A stretch of 63,962 nucleotides of DNA, the filler included, from Trypethelium eluteriae (taxonomy: Eukaryota): NCBI GenBank assembly GCA_051942245.1. It is 3 parts of 3 records of this genome, joined end to end, with 100 filler letters (N's around TTAATTAATTAA, not from the genome) between each part and the next. Parts side by side here need not be neighbours in the genome. Positions count along the whole stretch, not along the records: positions 23,405 to 46,695 come from JAVECL010000425.1; positions 46,796 to 63,962 come from JAVECL010000598.1; 1 more part is not named here. One strand, written 5' to 3'. The notes under the pieces are model-generated. The model searched no databases. It was not told the origin of the DNA and saw nothing but the letters and a program-made list of their open reading frames with translations. Positions 35,501 through 46,907 of this stretch are shown here, piece by piece (within the stretch, counting starts at the first letter, position 1; every line of letters starts with the position of its first letter). The position numbers were made by a program, and so were the translations under genes.

Positions 35501-36091
35501 ATCTCAGGAGATTTGCCACCAACTCTGGAGAAAGACTGGAAGAGAACTCCAGCAGGCACCTTCAAACACAGGAGTGATATAGAAACCGAGTTCCTCTATC
35601 CGCTGCCCATCCCAAGCGAGGTCCCTCACCTCACAACCAACCAGTCCCAAATTCTCAGGTTCAACGCCCAAAGCATCCGATTCTCCCTCAGCAAAATCCT
35701 AAGTCCAAGAAGACACTCATGCCTAACATTCCTTCTTGGAGATCACGAGTCCAATCTCGTTGGAATAGTTCGGCTAAATCATTCTCATGACGACTCCGAG
35801 GCCAGACAGCAATTTGAGCGTCGTACAGAGGAATTCATTGCCATTTCTCAAGGCTCAGTTCTTTTTAGTGCCTTGCACCTTGAGAAGCTTCCTTATAAAA
35901 GCACGACATATCATTCCCCATTTGAAGAACTTTGCGAGCTTAATTGTGCACAGGACAAGACATATGAATTCTATAATGTGCTCATGGTGGAATGGCGAAA
36001 TGGAATCGCGCATCGCAAGGCTCTTGGTCGCGTTTTGAAGAAGGCATGGGACGCCACGCCTAAAAGAGATGTTGAAGTGTTTCTAGGATAG
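29590..36091 (+). pseudogene. Disrupted multidomain gene: CCCH zinc finger - linker - two CbbX/SpoVK-type AAA+ domains - linker - HET domain
   Basis: CKLGTKCRNFH; ORFs at 29267, 30242 and 30905 share one frame separated by stops; FLGPPGIG|KTT across intron 31380-31479; Walker B INKAY/IDKAY; FKGPPSCGKTT; WGNGRDVE; intron 33675-33724; WLDECMRQHQGYC; YFALSYVWG; YLWVDSICIVQDD; MCDIYGGAELTLVAA; RGWTMQE; WPSWSW. The 5' boundary is uncertain. Confidence 0.75.
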
Positions 36092-37964
36092 CGTTCCTGT
36101 TTCACTAGTCTCTCTTTTCTAGTCTCTGACATGCTGACTTTTCAATCTTCTCTGTGGTACAGTGGGACTGTCTAGGGACTGTGCGTGATATGGAATGCAT
36201 TAGGAGTACAACAGTAATGAGATAAAAGGAGTATTGGGGGGAGTGATTGCTCGGTGATTCTCTCTTTCGTAAGTGACAAATACCAAGGGGTAAAGGCTAT
36301 TGTACATGATATGGATACAGAGTACTCAGTGGGTACTTTTTGAATTCTATCTTGATTTCTGAACAAGTTTCCTGTTTATCCCGCAGCTGTATTCGATCTG
36401 CGGAGGTAATTATTTAGTAAATTTAGATTACTATTGTGCTTGCAGAGTGTTTTCAGCTTGTGTGTTAATCAAATCAGACACTCGCCCAGAGAAAGGGCCA
36501 GTGGAAGGCTTTTCATTGTGCAGCTTGGAGATAACTGTATCAAGCTTAATAAGTGAAGCATAATAAATAGGCAATGCTTGGATTACACATTCATTGGGCA
36601 GCCCAGTTGACATCAAACCCGAAGCCAAAATTTGCGGCTCGCTGTCGACGATCCTAGATAGAGAGCGTTACCTAAACAACCAGCATTCTATCCGGTCAAA
36701 TCACGTGTTCACAACACCGGTCCGATGTCTCAGGAACTCTTGCAATTCTACTACAGTATCTTGAAGAAAAATGAGAATCAAGAACTCATCGCCTATCTTT
36801 GAAGATTTTGCGGTGTCTTCGAATTTCGGCCTGATTGGCCGGTGTCTTAAATTCTTCATAGATTGGATATAATTACGGAATATTAAAAATCTCATCTCAT
36901 CTTCTACTTGAGTGTAGAAACCAGAATACATAATGGCTTGAAGCCAATCTCCAAATTGTACTAGCGTATTCTTAACGCTTTAAACATGCGATTTGACATT
37001 ATCCATCCCGTTGTGACCCCTACCCACTACCGGATTTTACTAGTGCATATCCAAACTCCGTCGTTGCTCATCTAGGCGGACTACTGTCGAATTTACGGCT
37101 CTTAGCAAGATTTTCAGGTCATTGTAGTAACGCAAATTTTATGATAAGTCAAACCACCTAGATCCGGCGCAACCTAGTAGTGGCGCACCCCGCGCATCCA
37201 ACTCAATTAATTCATCCACTAAATCAACTACCTCAACGCGCGTGAATATGTACGACCGTGAAGCTGCTATGGCAGCTGCTTCTGCAGATCTTGATGCAGG
37301 TGTTTTTTTATCTATTAATTCAGCTGCTGACACGTACAGCGTCCCGCGAATTATACTTAAAAGATGACTCCACGGATCCTAAATATGCTAAAAAAGTTAT
37401 TAATATGAATAGTAATTGTCTCTAAATTAAGAGGACTTCCTGCGAGATTGGATCCTTAAAAAAGATACGCACGGATATCCTCCCTTTTACGCTTATTGTT
37501 GTGAAATAGCCTCTTAAATCCTTTAAATAAATAATAACAAAAAACCTTTAGGTAAGAATTGGGTTACAGCCTACTTAACACAATACCCTAATATTATTAC
37601 ACACGTAGGTTGTAAGCTAAAAGCTAGGAGGACTAAATATGCTACAAAAAAGGAGGTTATTGTGTTTTTAACGCGTTATAAAGATGTAAAGCTGCATTAT
37701 AATATCCAACTTAAAGATATTTATAATATAGATAAATAAGGTATTAGCCTTAGTGTTTGCTTTAATTTAAAGGTTCTGACAAGCTTAAAGAAAAAGCGAA
37801 TATTATAAAAAACACCTAAGACGCGTAAATAGGTGTTAATTATTAAGGCTATCTCTGCAATAGGCTGAGTTATTAACCCTCTAGTCATCTTTAAGGGGCA
37901 GAACTTATAAATAGATTGGTTTATCCCTAATAAGATCCCTAATTAGCAGTATACTACTTTTAAG

Positions 37965-38459
37965 TGTTATGAGCCTATACCCCCTGGTACAAGCACAGCT
38001 TGTAGTAGGTACGTAGAGTGGTCTCAGGGTTTTTCATGTAGGAGCGGAGTGTCAAGGATCCAATGATGTAAGAAGGGTTACTAAGCTTTGAACAACTTGG
38101 TAATAAATAAGGACTTGTTTAATTTGGCTTGTAACTAACTGTAGGTACAGTTTTGGTATGATAATAAAACGTGAGGAAGTTAGTTAAGCTGGTTTCCTCT
38201 TACATATATATACTTGTGATCTTCTTGATCACAGCTGTTATCCTTCTGATTAAATCTTTACTGATCTTGGGTTGATTATTACTAATCAGTGTGATAACCT
38301 GTGATCTATGGGTAATTGTCCTAGATCGCTCTATCCTAATCTGTGGCTTATTACTACTAATTAGTTACGTAACTTTTACTTATTATAACCTATCTGTGGA
38401 ACGCTTACAGCAAGTATAAAGGAGATGGCGTTTAGCCTTAACACGGCTGGGTTATAACA
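37965..38459 (-). repeat. 3' LTR (495 bp)
   Basis: TGTTATGAGC...TATAACA; colinear with 44200-44694, and the differences I compared are C>T/G>A transitions. Confidence 0.93.
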
Positions 38460-38540
38460 TTACCTCTCCCCTTCTTAACTGTTGGCTTAATAATTGTTCT
38501 GGTGTGGTACATATAGCAGCTGATGATGTGTTTAATTATT

Positions 38541-39020
38541 ATGGCTTCCGCCCATATTCCCGCTTCTTCTATACTTTATTATTACTATTTTATTGCTAAA
38601 CTTTGTAAGGCCCCTATTATAATGCGTCCTTGCCGCAACTATGTGTGTTAAAAACTGGACTGCTGCATTAGTCCTAACTCCTAAAGATGTCTGGAGTGTG
38701 TAAAGAGGAACTATCCTTACAATCTGGCCTTTTTTAAGGTTAATTTTGACAAAATTAACTATAAGATAAATCAGGTTTGGGATAAAATAATAGAATCCAT
38801 AATTAAGATTAATTATTTATAGAAATAACTGGAGTTCCTTTACAAGCATTAACAATCCTTAGCTTTTAATAAGACTTAAAACATTCTAAACCTTAAGTCT
38901 AAGGAAGGAAAACCTAAGGAGGTTGCTTTGCTTAAGGAGTAAGACCCTTTTTATACTGTTTTTAGAATTGCGTAGGATATGTTAATAAAGGAATTAACCT
39001 CCTTTCTTACTAACTTTTAA
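38541..39020 (+). pseudogene. Antisense accessory ORF relic inside the retrotransposon: Zn2Cys6-like cysteine cluster plus coiled coil
   Basis: MRPCRNYVC*KLDCCISPNS*RCLECVKRNYPYNLAF, where Tyr at two expected Cys positions fits RIP TGT>TAT or TGC>TAC; a heptad-like segment follows. Confidence 0.55.
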
Positions 39021-42000
39021 CTTAATTGGATTTTTTTTAATAATGCGTTTTCCTCCTTAAATTTTAATATTATTATATCTTTTTTTTATATTTAGCTAGT
39101 GTAATCCTTATTTCCTAAGTGTTTTCTAAATTTGGGTATCCCTTTTATTTTACTAAGTATTTCCTATTTTCTTCTTATAGGATCTTTTTTACTTTAAACT
39201 TGTGTTCCTCTTTTAATTTATAGTTAAACATCTCTACGCATAATATGCTTTTATCTGCTAATTTTAATAAAAATAAATAAAACACCGGGTGGATTTAAGC
39301 ATCCTGCGGAAGGTTCAACTTATAATTAACTTTATTTTTTTTTTCTTTAATAATAAATAGACCGACCTTTACTGCATTAAGCTTTTTGTAAGGTCTTTTT
39401 GTTTTCAAATTTTTTGTAAGTAAATATACTTTATCCCCTTTTTTTAGTTAAGGTTTATTCACTTTTTTGTTATTTTAAATTAAACTTTTATTTCTTTTAT
39501 TAATATTCTTGGTTATTTTATTGTGTACTAGTCTTATTATTTTTCCACAATCTTCTCCCAATGCTGATATTATTCCAATAAGTATTAGTTAAATTAATAG
39601 TAGTACATATCTTATTAGCCCTTAAATAAGCGCGAACTTTATTATACTGAATTCTTTAATATTAATGCACAACTATGCCATAAGTAATAACGCTACCCAA
39701 TTATCTTGTAGATCATTAATATAGTATCTTAAGAACTGTTCTAGTAATTAATTTATTTATTCAGTCTGTCCGTCAGTCTCCTTATGATACGCTATTAATA
39801 ACTTAGTTCTAATCCCTAAGTTTATTATTAACATTTAGAAGAATTTGGCTGTAAACCTTCTATCTCAGTCCGATATTATTAAGATAAGTAATCTGAAGTA
39901 TAATATCACTCTTTTAAAGAGTATCCATACTGTTTCCTTTATCCCATACTTTTTGTTAAATAAGGTCAGTATTGTATACTTTATTAGTCTGCATATTATC
40001 ACATAGATTGCTGTGTAGACTTCTCTGGTTACCGGGTGCTTTAATGCAGGCAAGTCTATAATAAAGTCTATTATAATCTGCTCCCAAGGCCTTATTAATG
40101 CTTAAATTAGTTGGATGGTGCCTTTTCTTTTTTGGGTACTGTGCTTATTTCTTTTGCAGTAATTACATTTTGCCACATAGCTTTAGACTTTCTGCTTTAT
40201 ATCTTCAAAAATGAAGTTTTAAGATATATTCCTAAGTATCTATGCAACTTTAGGATGCCCATATCGCGGTTTATTATAATATCTTTAAATATAATAATTA
40301 ACTTTATTATTCAGAATCTGTAGTTTTTAAGTAATAATAAGGAACTATTTATCCTTATTTTCTAAGATGTTAAGAATTAATCCAAACTTTTGGGAAATAC
40401 TTTTAAGAGTGCTATTATTCTTTTCCTTAAACACTGCTTAGTACACTTTTTTATTTCCTTAATAATCTTTTTATTAACTTAAAGTGTCTGCTTTTCTATT
40501 TTCCTTTCTTAGTGCGTAATGTATGGTAAACTTATATTATTTAAGGAGTTCTGCCCATCTAACTTATTTTTAATTTAACTATTTTATTATTGTAAATATT
40601 AACAGATTTTTGTAATCAGTATAAATGTCCAGTCTAGGTATTCCTTTTATGTACGCTCTTTAGTGTTTTATTGCTGCTATTATTGCTAGCAATTCCTTAT
40701 CATGGATGTTGTAATTTAGTTCAGCAGGAGTTATTTTTCTTAAGTAGTATCTTATTAGTCTCCACTTCCTATTTACCCATTATAATAGGCAAGTGCCTAT
40801 TACAAAATCTGAAGCATCCATCTTAAGCTTTAATAACAACTTTGGGTTGCAGATTATTAGTTCCAGGTCTTTTGCAATCTCTTCTTTAATAACTTTAAAG
40901 GCTCTTTTTTGTGGCTATTTTTATTTAAATAATTACTCACCCTTTATAAGGTCCGTAAGTAATTTTGCTTTTTTGGAATATTTAAGAATAAACTATTAAT
41001 TAAAGTTTATAAATCCTAAGAAACTTTAAACCCCCTTAATATTTATTAGCTTTAGCTATGTTAAGACTGATTATACTTTTTTTGGTTTTATTTAAATCTA
41101 ATCCTTTCCTACCACATATCCTAAGAATGTTACTTATTTTTAGTGGAAGATATACTTCTCTGGTAATAGTTTAAGATTCCTTTTCCTTAAATATTTTAGT
41201 ACCATCTTTACATGTTTTATATATTCTTCCTTTATTTTAGAATAAATTAGTATATTATTAAGATATACAATTATGAAGATGTCTAAATATGGTTGTAATA
41301 TATTATTAATCTGTTCCTAATAGGTCGCAGGTGTGTTTGTTAATCTAAACAGTATTACCAAGGATTTAAATAGTCCGTATTTTGTTCTAAATGCAGTTTT
41401 TTATTCCTCGCCTTTCTTTATGCGGATAAAATTATAGGCATTTCTCTGATCTAATAATGTAAGTTATTTTGCTCTGGTTAGGCGGTTTTTTAATTCTGCC
41501 GCATTAAGTAATAGATACCTATTCTTAACTGTAATGGCGTTGAGTTTTTAATAATTAACACATAATCGCAGTTTGCTATTCTTTTTGGGAATAAAAAGTA
41601 TAGGGTATCCTACTAAAGACTCTAATTTTTAGATAAATCCTTTTTTAAGGTTTTCTTTTAACCATTCTTAAAGCGTCTTTAGTTCTCTTTATAACTGGGG
41701 ATATAAAGGTCCAAAAGTGGGTTGCTTCCCTGGCTCTAATTTTATTTTATAGTCCCACAGTTAGTGCGGAGGCAGTGCTTAGTCTGCCCTCCCTTTCTTA
41801 AAGAGTGGCAAATACTCCTTATATTTAAGAGGTATTATTATAAGTTCAGCATTCTTATGCTCTGCGTTATCCCTTAATTAACCTTCTACCTTTATTAAAG
41901 TATTAGATACGCTGGATTTAGTTTGTTCTTTTTAATTATTTTTATTTATTGACATTAAAGCCACACCATAGCTTGTCCTTATCTCATCCCTAGAGCAATT

Positions 42001-44199
42001 CTCTGCTCCTTCAGAGTCCCATATAATGCCGTGTTTGCACCTAAAGAATGTAATTTCCCCTATTTCCTAATTAATATCCAGGTTATAATCTCACAACCAT
42101 AGTAATCTAAGTATAATATTATACCTAATCAGATTTATGATATTAAGTTGGATTTCCTTAGTGTGCCCTTGCGTAGTTATAAAAATAAGTTCTGTTTTAG
42201 TATCCACCTATCCTTATTCTGCAAATTATAGTCCGGTAGCTCTATATAAACTGTATAGCTTTTCCTTTTCCCTAATATTAAGTCCAATCTTCTTAGTAAT
42301 TATTGCTGTTATTATGTTTACTAATGCATTACTATTAATTATTACTTTAACCTATTGGTTTTTAATCTTAACCTTAATCTTAAACAATCCTATTATTGCT
42401 TTGCTAGGGGATGTTATATTACAACTTGCTTATAACCCCTTTATAAAAAGTTATTAACTTTTCCCTCTTTATTATTTATCTTCCTGGCGGTGTTATAGCA
42501 GGCTTGCTATTCTGGTTTTATATCCTTATAATTTAGGCAATATTTATAGCAATTTAGGTTGTTGCATCAACATTTCGCATAATAGTCCGCTTGCTCTTAG
42601 CGGTGTTTAACACACACAGTGCTAACACATTTCAGCTAGTTTGTTATTTAACACATAAATAGTTTGTAGGGTGGTTTTGGGCATAATCCTTGTTCAGATT
42701 AACTTCTTCCCAAAGCTACATTACTGTTTACTCCATGATATAGGCAGATCTCTTTCTCTCTGCAGAACCTTTTATTTAGTCAGCTATAATCCCCTTCTTA
42801 TTTTTGGTAGAATTCACAGTCCCTTGCCCAACACACTGTAAAGTGTTGGAATTTGTAATGTAGTTTCTGCTTATATTGTCCTTTTGCCTATTAATATTTT
42901 TTGCATTTATTATCTTAATATTCCTCCCATCCAATTATCTAATTATGGTTGGGATATTATAAAAGTCTGTGGACTTCTTTCCAATATCAGAAATTCTTTT
43001 ATTCTTAATCCCACATAATTGGTAGAAGCTCAGGCTTCACGCTCACACTTGCCCTATGGACATCACAATCCTATAATAAGCATTGTCCTAAGAGTTAATA
43101 ATCTGGGTGGTCCTCTATTCTGGATACTAAGTGTGTGTAATATTTGTGCCTTTCTTAAGTCGCTTCCTTCCCTTGGATTGTATACGTGGGTGATTATAAG
43201 TCCTCTTAGCTGTTTGCAGGGTTAATAACTTCTTCCTATAAAGCACTCTCTTCCTCTGCATTAGATTTATTGTTAATTATTTGATACTGGAAAACATCTA
43301 AGTTCCTAATATTATTATTACTTATTGGTTTGTTAATAATAATTTCATTTTCTCCTAAATAGACTTGGGTTGCTATATTAAATTCTTCTCTGCAATCCAC
43401 CTTATTCTTGGATTAACAGTTTCTTATTATATGCCCTAGTTTTTCATAGGCGTAGCACTTTCTTTTGGTTTAGGCACCTCTTTCCTTCTTACTTTGCGCA
43501 AGGTTAGAGTATTAAACTCCTTTTATTAATTTATTACTATTATAATGTTAAGTAATTCCTTTTATTCTTCCTGCTGGAATGTATAAGGCTGATCACCTTT
43601 CCATACACCTTGCGTAAAGTTTATTGTCTAATTTAATTAAGGCATTAATAAGTTCTCATAATATGTTAATAAAGCTGTTATAACACATTAGCTTATTCTT
43701 AATATTATCCTTAAGTCCTCTCCAGTACATAAGTTGTAATGCTTTATTATTCTATTTTAGTTTATTAGAATACTCTTAGAACTTAGCTGCGTAATCTGCT
43801 ATTAAAGTTTTTTATACTAGATTTTAAACTGCTTACTCCGCTATCTTAACTTTATTAGAGATTCTGAAAATTTGTCTAAGCTCTTTTTTAAATTAAGGGA
43901 ATCTTATAAAAAGACTGTTAGGGTCCTCCAAGTTATTAAGATATAAAGTTAATTTGGGTTTTATCCAGTGTTGGGCCTGTCCTCTTAAGTATAATAAGGC
44001 TACTAAGGTTTATTAATTGTCTGGAATTCTTTTAAACAAGAAGTAGAGTTGGATTTAGCACAGCCATTCTTCCAGCTTGCTTCTTTCCCTAAAGTACTTA
44101 TTAGGTCGTCCCACTTTGCCTTCCTTTAATAGGGCTTTAGTGCGGGACTCCGGCCGCGGAGTGGATCCTAATTAACTCATCCTTAAGGGTGTTTTATTA

Positions 44200-44694
44200 T
44201 ATTATAAGCTTATACCCCCTAATATAAGCACAGCTTGTAGTAGGTACATAGAGTGGTCTCAGGATTTTTCACATAAGAGCGGAGTGTTAAGGATCCAATA
44301 ATGTAAGAAGGGTTACTAAGCTTTAAACAACTTGGTAATAAATAAGGACTTATTTAATTTAGCTTATAACTAATTATAAGTACAGTTTTAGTATAATAAT
44401 AAAACGCGAGGAAGTTAGTTAAGCTGGTTTCCTCCTACATATATATACTTGTAATCTTCTTAATTATAGCTATTATCCTTCTGATCAGATCTCTACTAAT
44501 CTTGGGTTAATCACTACTGATCAGTGTGATAACCCGTGATCTGTGGGTGATCATCCTAGATCGCTCTATCCTGATCTGTGGCTTATCACCACTAATTAGT
44601 CACGTGACTTTTACTCGTTATGACCTGTCTGTGGAACGCTTGCAGCAAGTACAAAGGAGATGGCGTTCAGCCTTGACGCGGCTGGGTCGTAACA
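44200..44694 (-). repeat. 5' LTR (495 bp)
   Basis: TATTATAAGC (RIP-altered TGTTATGAGC)...CGTAACA, followed by the TSD TTAAG. Confidence 0.93.
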
Positions 44695-46173
44695 TTAAGA
44701 GAGGATAAACCTTAAATAAGATTGGATTGGGTTAGTTATAATGTGTATTTAACCTTTAAACATATCTGGTTTATAATGGATAAAGGATGCTTATCTTAGA
44801 TAGCTACAGCAGCTATATTAACCTTAATTTCTTATTTACCTGCAAAACAGTTCTCAACATTGCTTTGGTATTTCCTCCACCTTATACAACCCATATTCTG
44901 CAGCCCTTAAACCTCACTGCCTTTAGCCCTATTAAAACTTGCTATTAGAGCTAAATCAGCCAACTTGCAGCAATTAATAATGCGGCACTTATTAAAAAGA
45001 GCAGGTTTATTTAATATTATTACTAAGCAAGGTAGAAGGGTCTTATTACTAAGAATGTTCTCTCTAAATGGAGATCTATAAGTCTATAGCCTTATAACCC
45101 TAATAAACCTTTATTAAGTTGATTTGTTAAATTGACACAGCCTTTGCAGACATTCATACTGCAGGTCAGCCCTGCGCAGGCAAAATGCTCTCATACTTTA
45201 TTCTTTACCACTCCTACAAAAAAGCAGGACCTTATTTAAGCTGCTAGGAGCTTTTGAACACTTTATCCTCACGCGAAAGCAGTTATTTATAAAGCAGGCA
45301 AGGCTATTAGACGGGCAAATATTTAAGCAGCTATATTAGCAAAGTTAAATAAGGACCTACAACATAAGCTGAATAAGGTGATTAAAAAGCCTAAAAAGAA
45401 AGCTATTTGTATAAATCCAAATCTATGATTTGCAGACATTAAGAGCATCAAAAAGGCAATAAAGGATGCGAAGGTTATAAAGGCGAATAGCTCCACAAAA
45501 TAACCTCCAAAAACTGTAAAAACTAGTTCATCTAATGCAGTAGCTCCTTGTCTATGAAGCTATGTGTAGTATCATCAAATTCTAGCTAGTAATGCGAGAG
45601 ATCATAGCTTCATTTTGCACATGGTGGGGTGTGCGGGGGTGCGCCACTACTAGGTTGCGCCGGATCTAGGTGGTTTGACTTAGTAATAATAAATAGACTA
45701 AATACTAATAGTAAAACTATTTAGTAATTACTATTCACTAATAGTAGTTTACTAGTTTACTATTTCTTACAACACTGATGTAAAGTGAGGAGAGTAATCA
45801 TTTCTCCGAAAATCATATTCATAATAGAAGCTCGCCACGGGGTGCTTGAACCGCTTGAACATTGCGCTTAGCAGGAACTTCTCGTTGTCTCACGTGATTA
45901 CGGATACGAGGATAGGTACTTAGGTACCTACCGATACTACGATAGAACAGATTTGCAAGTTCGGGGAACCGCAAGTATTAAAGACTACTATTTCATGGCC
46001 AATTTAAACTGGTTGAACATCCATCGAGATCAATTTCTAAAAGCTCGCAGAGGGTTTTAACCCTTTAATCTGCGAGAAGTGTGCGAATTACCAGCATTTA
46101 ATTATCGCAGATAGGCATCGTACCTTAACTCGTCCCATACTCCCATAGCATTTCTCTATCATCTTGGCTTTCG

Positions 46174-46605
46174 CTAATTGAGCCTAGCAGTCATGTCCCT
46201 TGCTACATACATCTGTCCGTAAAGATCCGTAACATTCACAAATAGTCTGAGAGCGTTGATCGTCTTTTCGTCTACACCTTCCTCTTCAAGACGTTTCAGA
46301 GAAACCCTGACTGCCTCGAACTCATAATCAGCAATCCAAAGGAGATCACGTTTTTGCCTATCAGTCTCATGCTTGGAGCTGACTTCAACTCCACCTGCTA
46401 CTCTCACATCGCTACGGAATTCGTCAAAGTCGAGTGAGTTGAGATTGCATTCGACACGATCACGTCCCAACGATCCGCAGTCATTGTACATTCGACAAAG
46501 ACTAGCGAGATGTCGACAAAGGTCTCGCGCGAGGTAGTCTTGCTTAGCAGTTGGAAAGCATGCTTTGCCTGGGGTTCCGATAAGACAGCAGAGATAAATA
46601 GCATA
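46174..46605 (-). pseudogene. C-terminal fragment of a bifunctional diterpene synthase (CPS/KS-like class I domain)
   Basis: YLARDLCRHLASLCRMYNDCGSLGRDRVECNLNSLDFDEF...LLWIADYE...LRLFVNVTDLYGQMYVARDM matches the recalled C-terminus of fungal CPS/KS enzymes (NSE/DTE-type ND-GS-RD motif). The coding sequence gives way to AT-rich DNA at about 46605. Confidence 0.75.
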
Positions 46606-46695
46606 ATTAATTATGACATTTAATTATGCTATTCTATGATATTCAGGGTAAATTCATTATCATGAATAATTACATAATTATCCATAACTATGTCT

Positions 46696-46795
46696 NNNNN
46701 NNNNNNNNNNNNNNNNNNNNNNNNNNNNNNNNNNNNNNNTTAATTAATTAANNNNNNNNNNNNNNNNNNNNNNNNNNNNNNNNNNNNNNNNNNNN
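46696..46795. other. Artificial contig-joining spacer N44-TTAATTAATTAA-N44
   Basis: Identical to 23305-23404. Confidence 0.95.
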
Positions 46796-46907
46796 ATTCA
46801 TGATTGTATGCATGACTCATGACCACGAGGATGAGGCCTCTACTCCATATCCAGACGCCGTGGCTATGCAAGAAGCGAAGGGCAAAGACGAAGCAGGAGG
46901 TTCCGTG

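Larger units (their letters stand above)
37965..44694 (-). mobile_element. Full-length Ty3/Gypsy chromovirus LTR retrotransposon, heavily RIP-mutated
   Basis: 495-bp LTRs, 5-bp TSD TTAAG (37960-37964, 44695-44699) and a polypurine tract next to the left (3') LTR. Minus-strand relics: gag knuckle KCYAYEKLGHIIRNC (~43400-43460), RT YLNNILIYS (~41240-41270), RNase H DASDFVIG and HDKELLAI, integrase AYHKETDGQTE, chromodomain YLVK*KGYPNLENT*E (~39110-39165). Confidence 0.93.
37147..45680 (+). mobile_element. pogo/Fot1 (Tc1-mariner superfamily) DNA transposon, RIP-inactivated and interrupted by an LTR element
   Basis: Perfect 45-bp TIRs (37147-37191 and 45636-45680) and a TA target duplication (37145-37146, 45681-45682). 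The transposase relic starts at ATG 37248 (MYDREAAMAAA...AADTYSVPR), includes IYNID and LVIFKG, and resumes after 44699 with LILDSYSSY and PYTTHILQPLNL. Confidence 0.92.

Noticed and set aside
36400..37000. Short minus-strand ORFs between the HET region and the transposon
   Set aside because: No recognisable motif; they cannot be supported as a gene.
45683..45775. AT-rich tract ending TTACAACA as a possible older LTR or MITE into which pogo inserted
   Set aside because: The candidate left end (TGTAGTAA near 37123) matches imperfectly and there is no target-site duplication.
23405..46695. Middle contig as a Starship giant transposon
   Set aside because: The cargo is suggestive (HET, AAA, secondary-metabolite relics), but I saw no DUF3435 tyrosine-recombinase captain or element boundaries.
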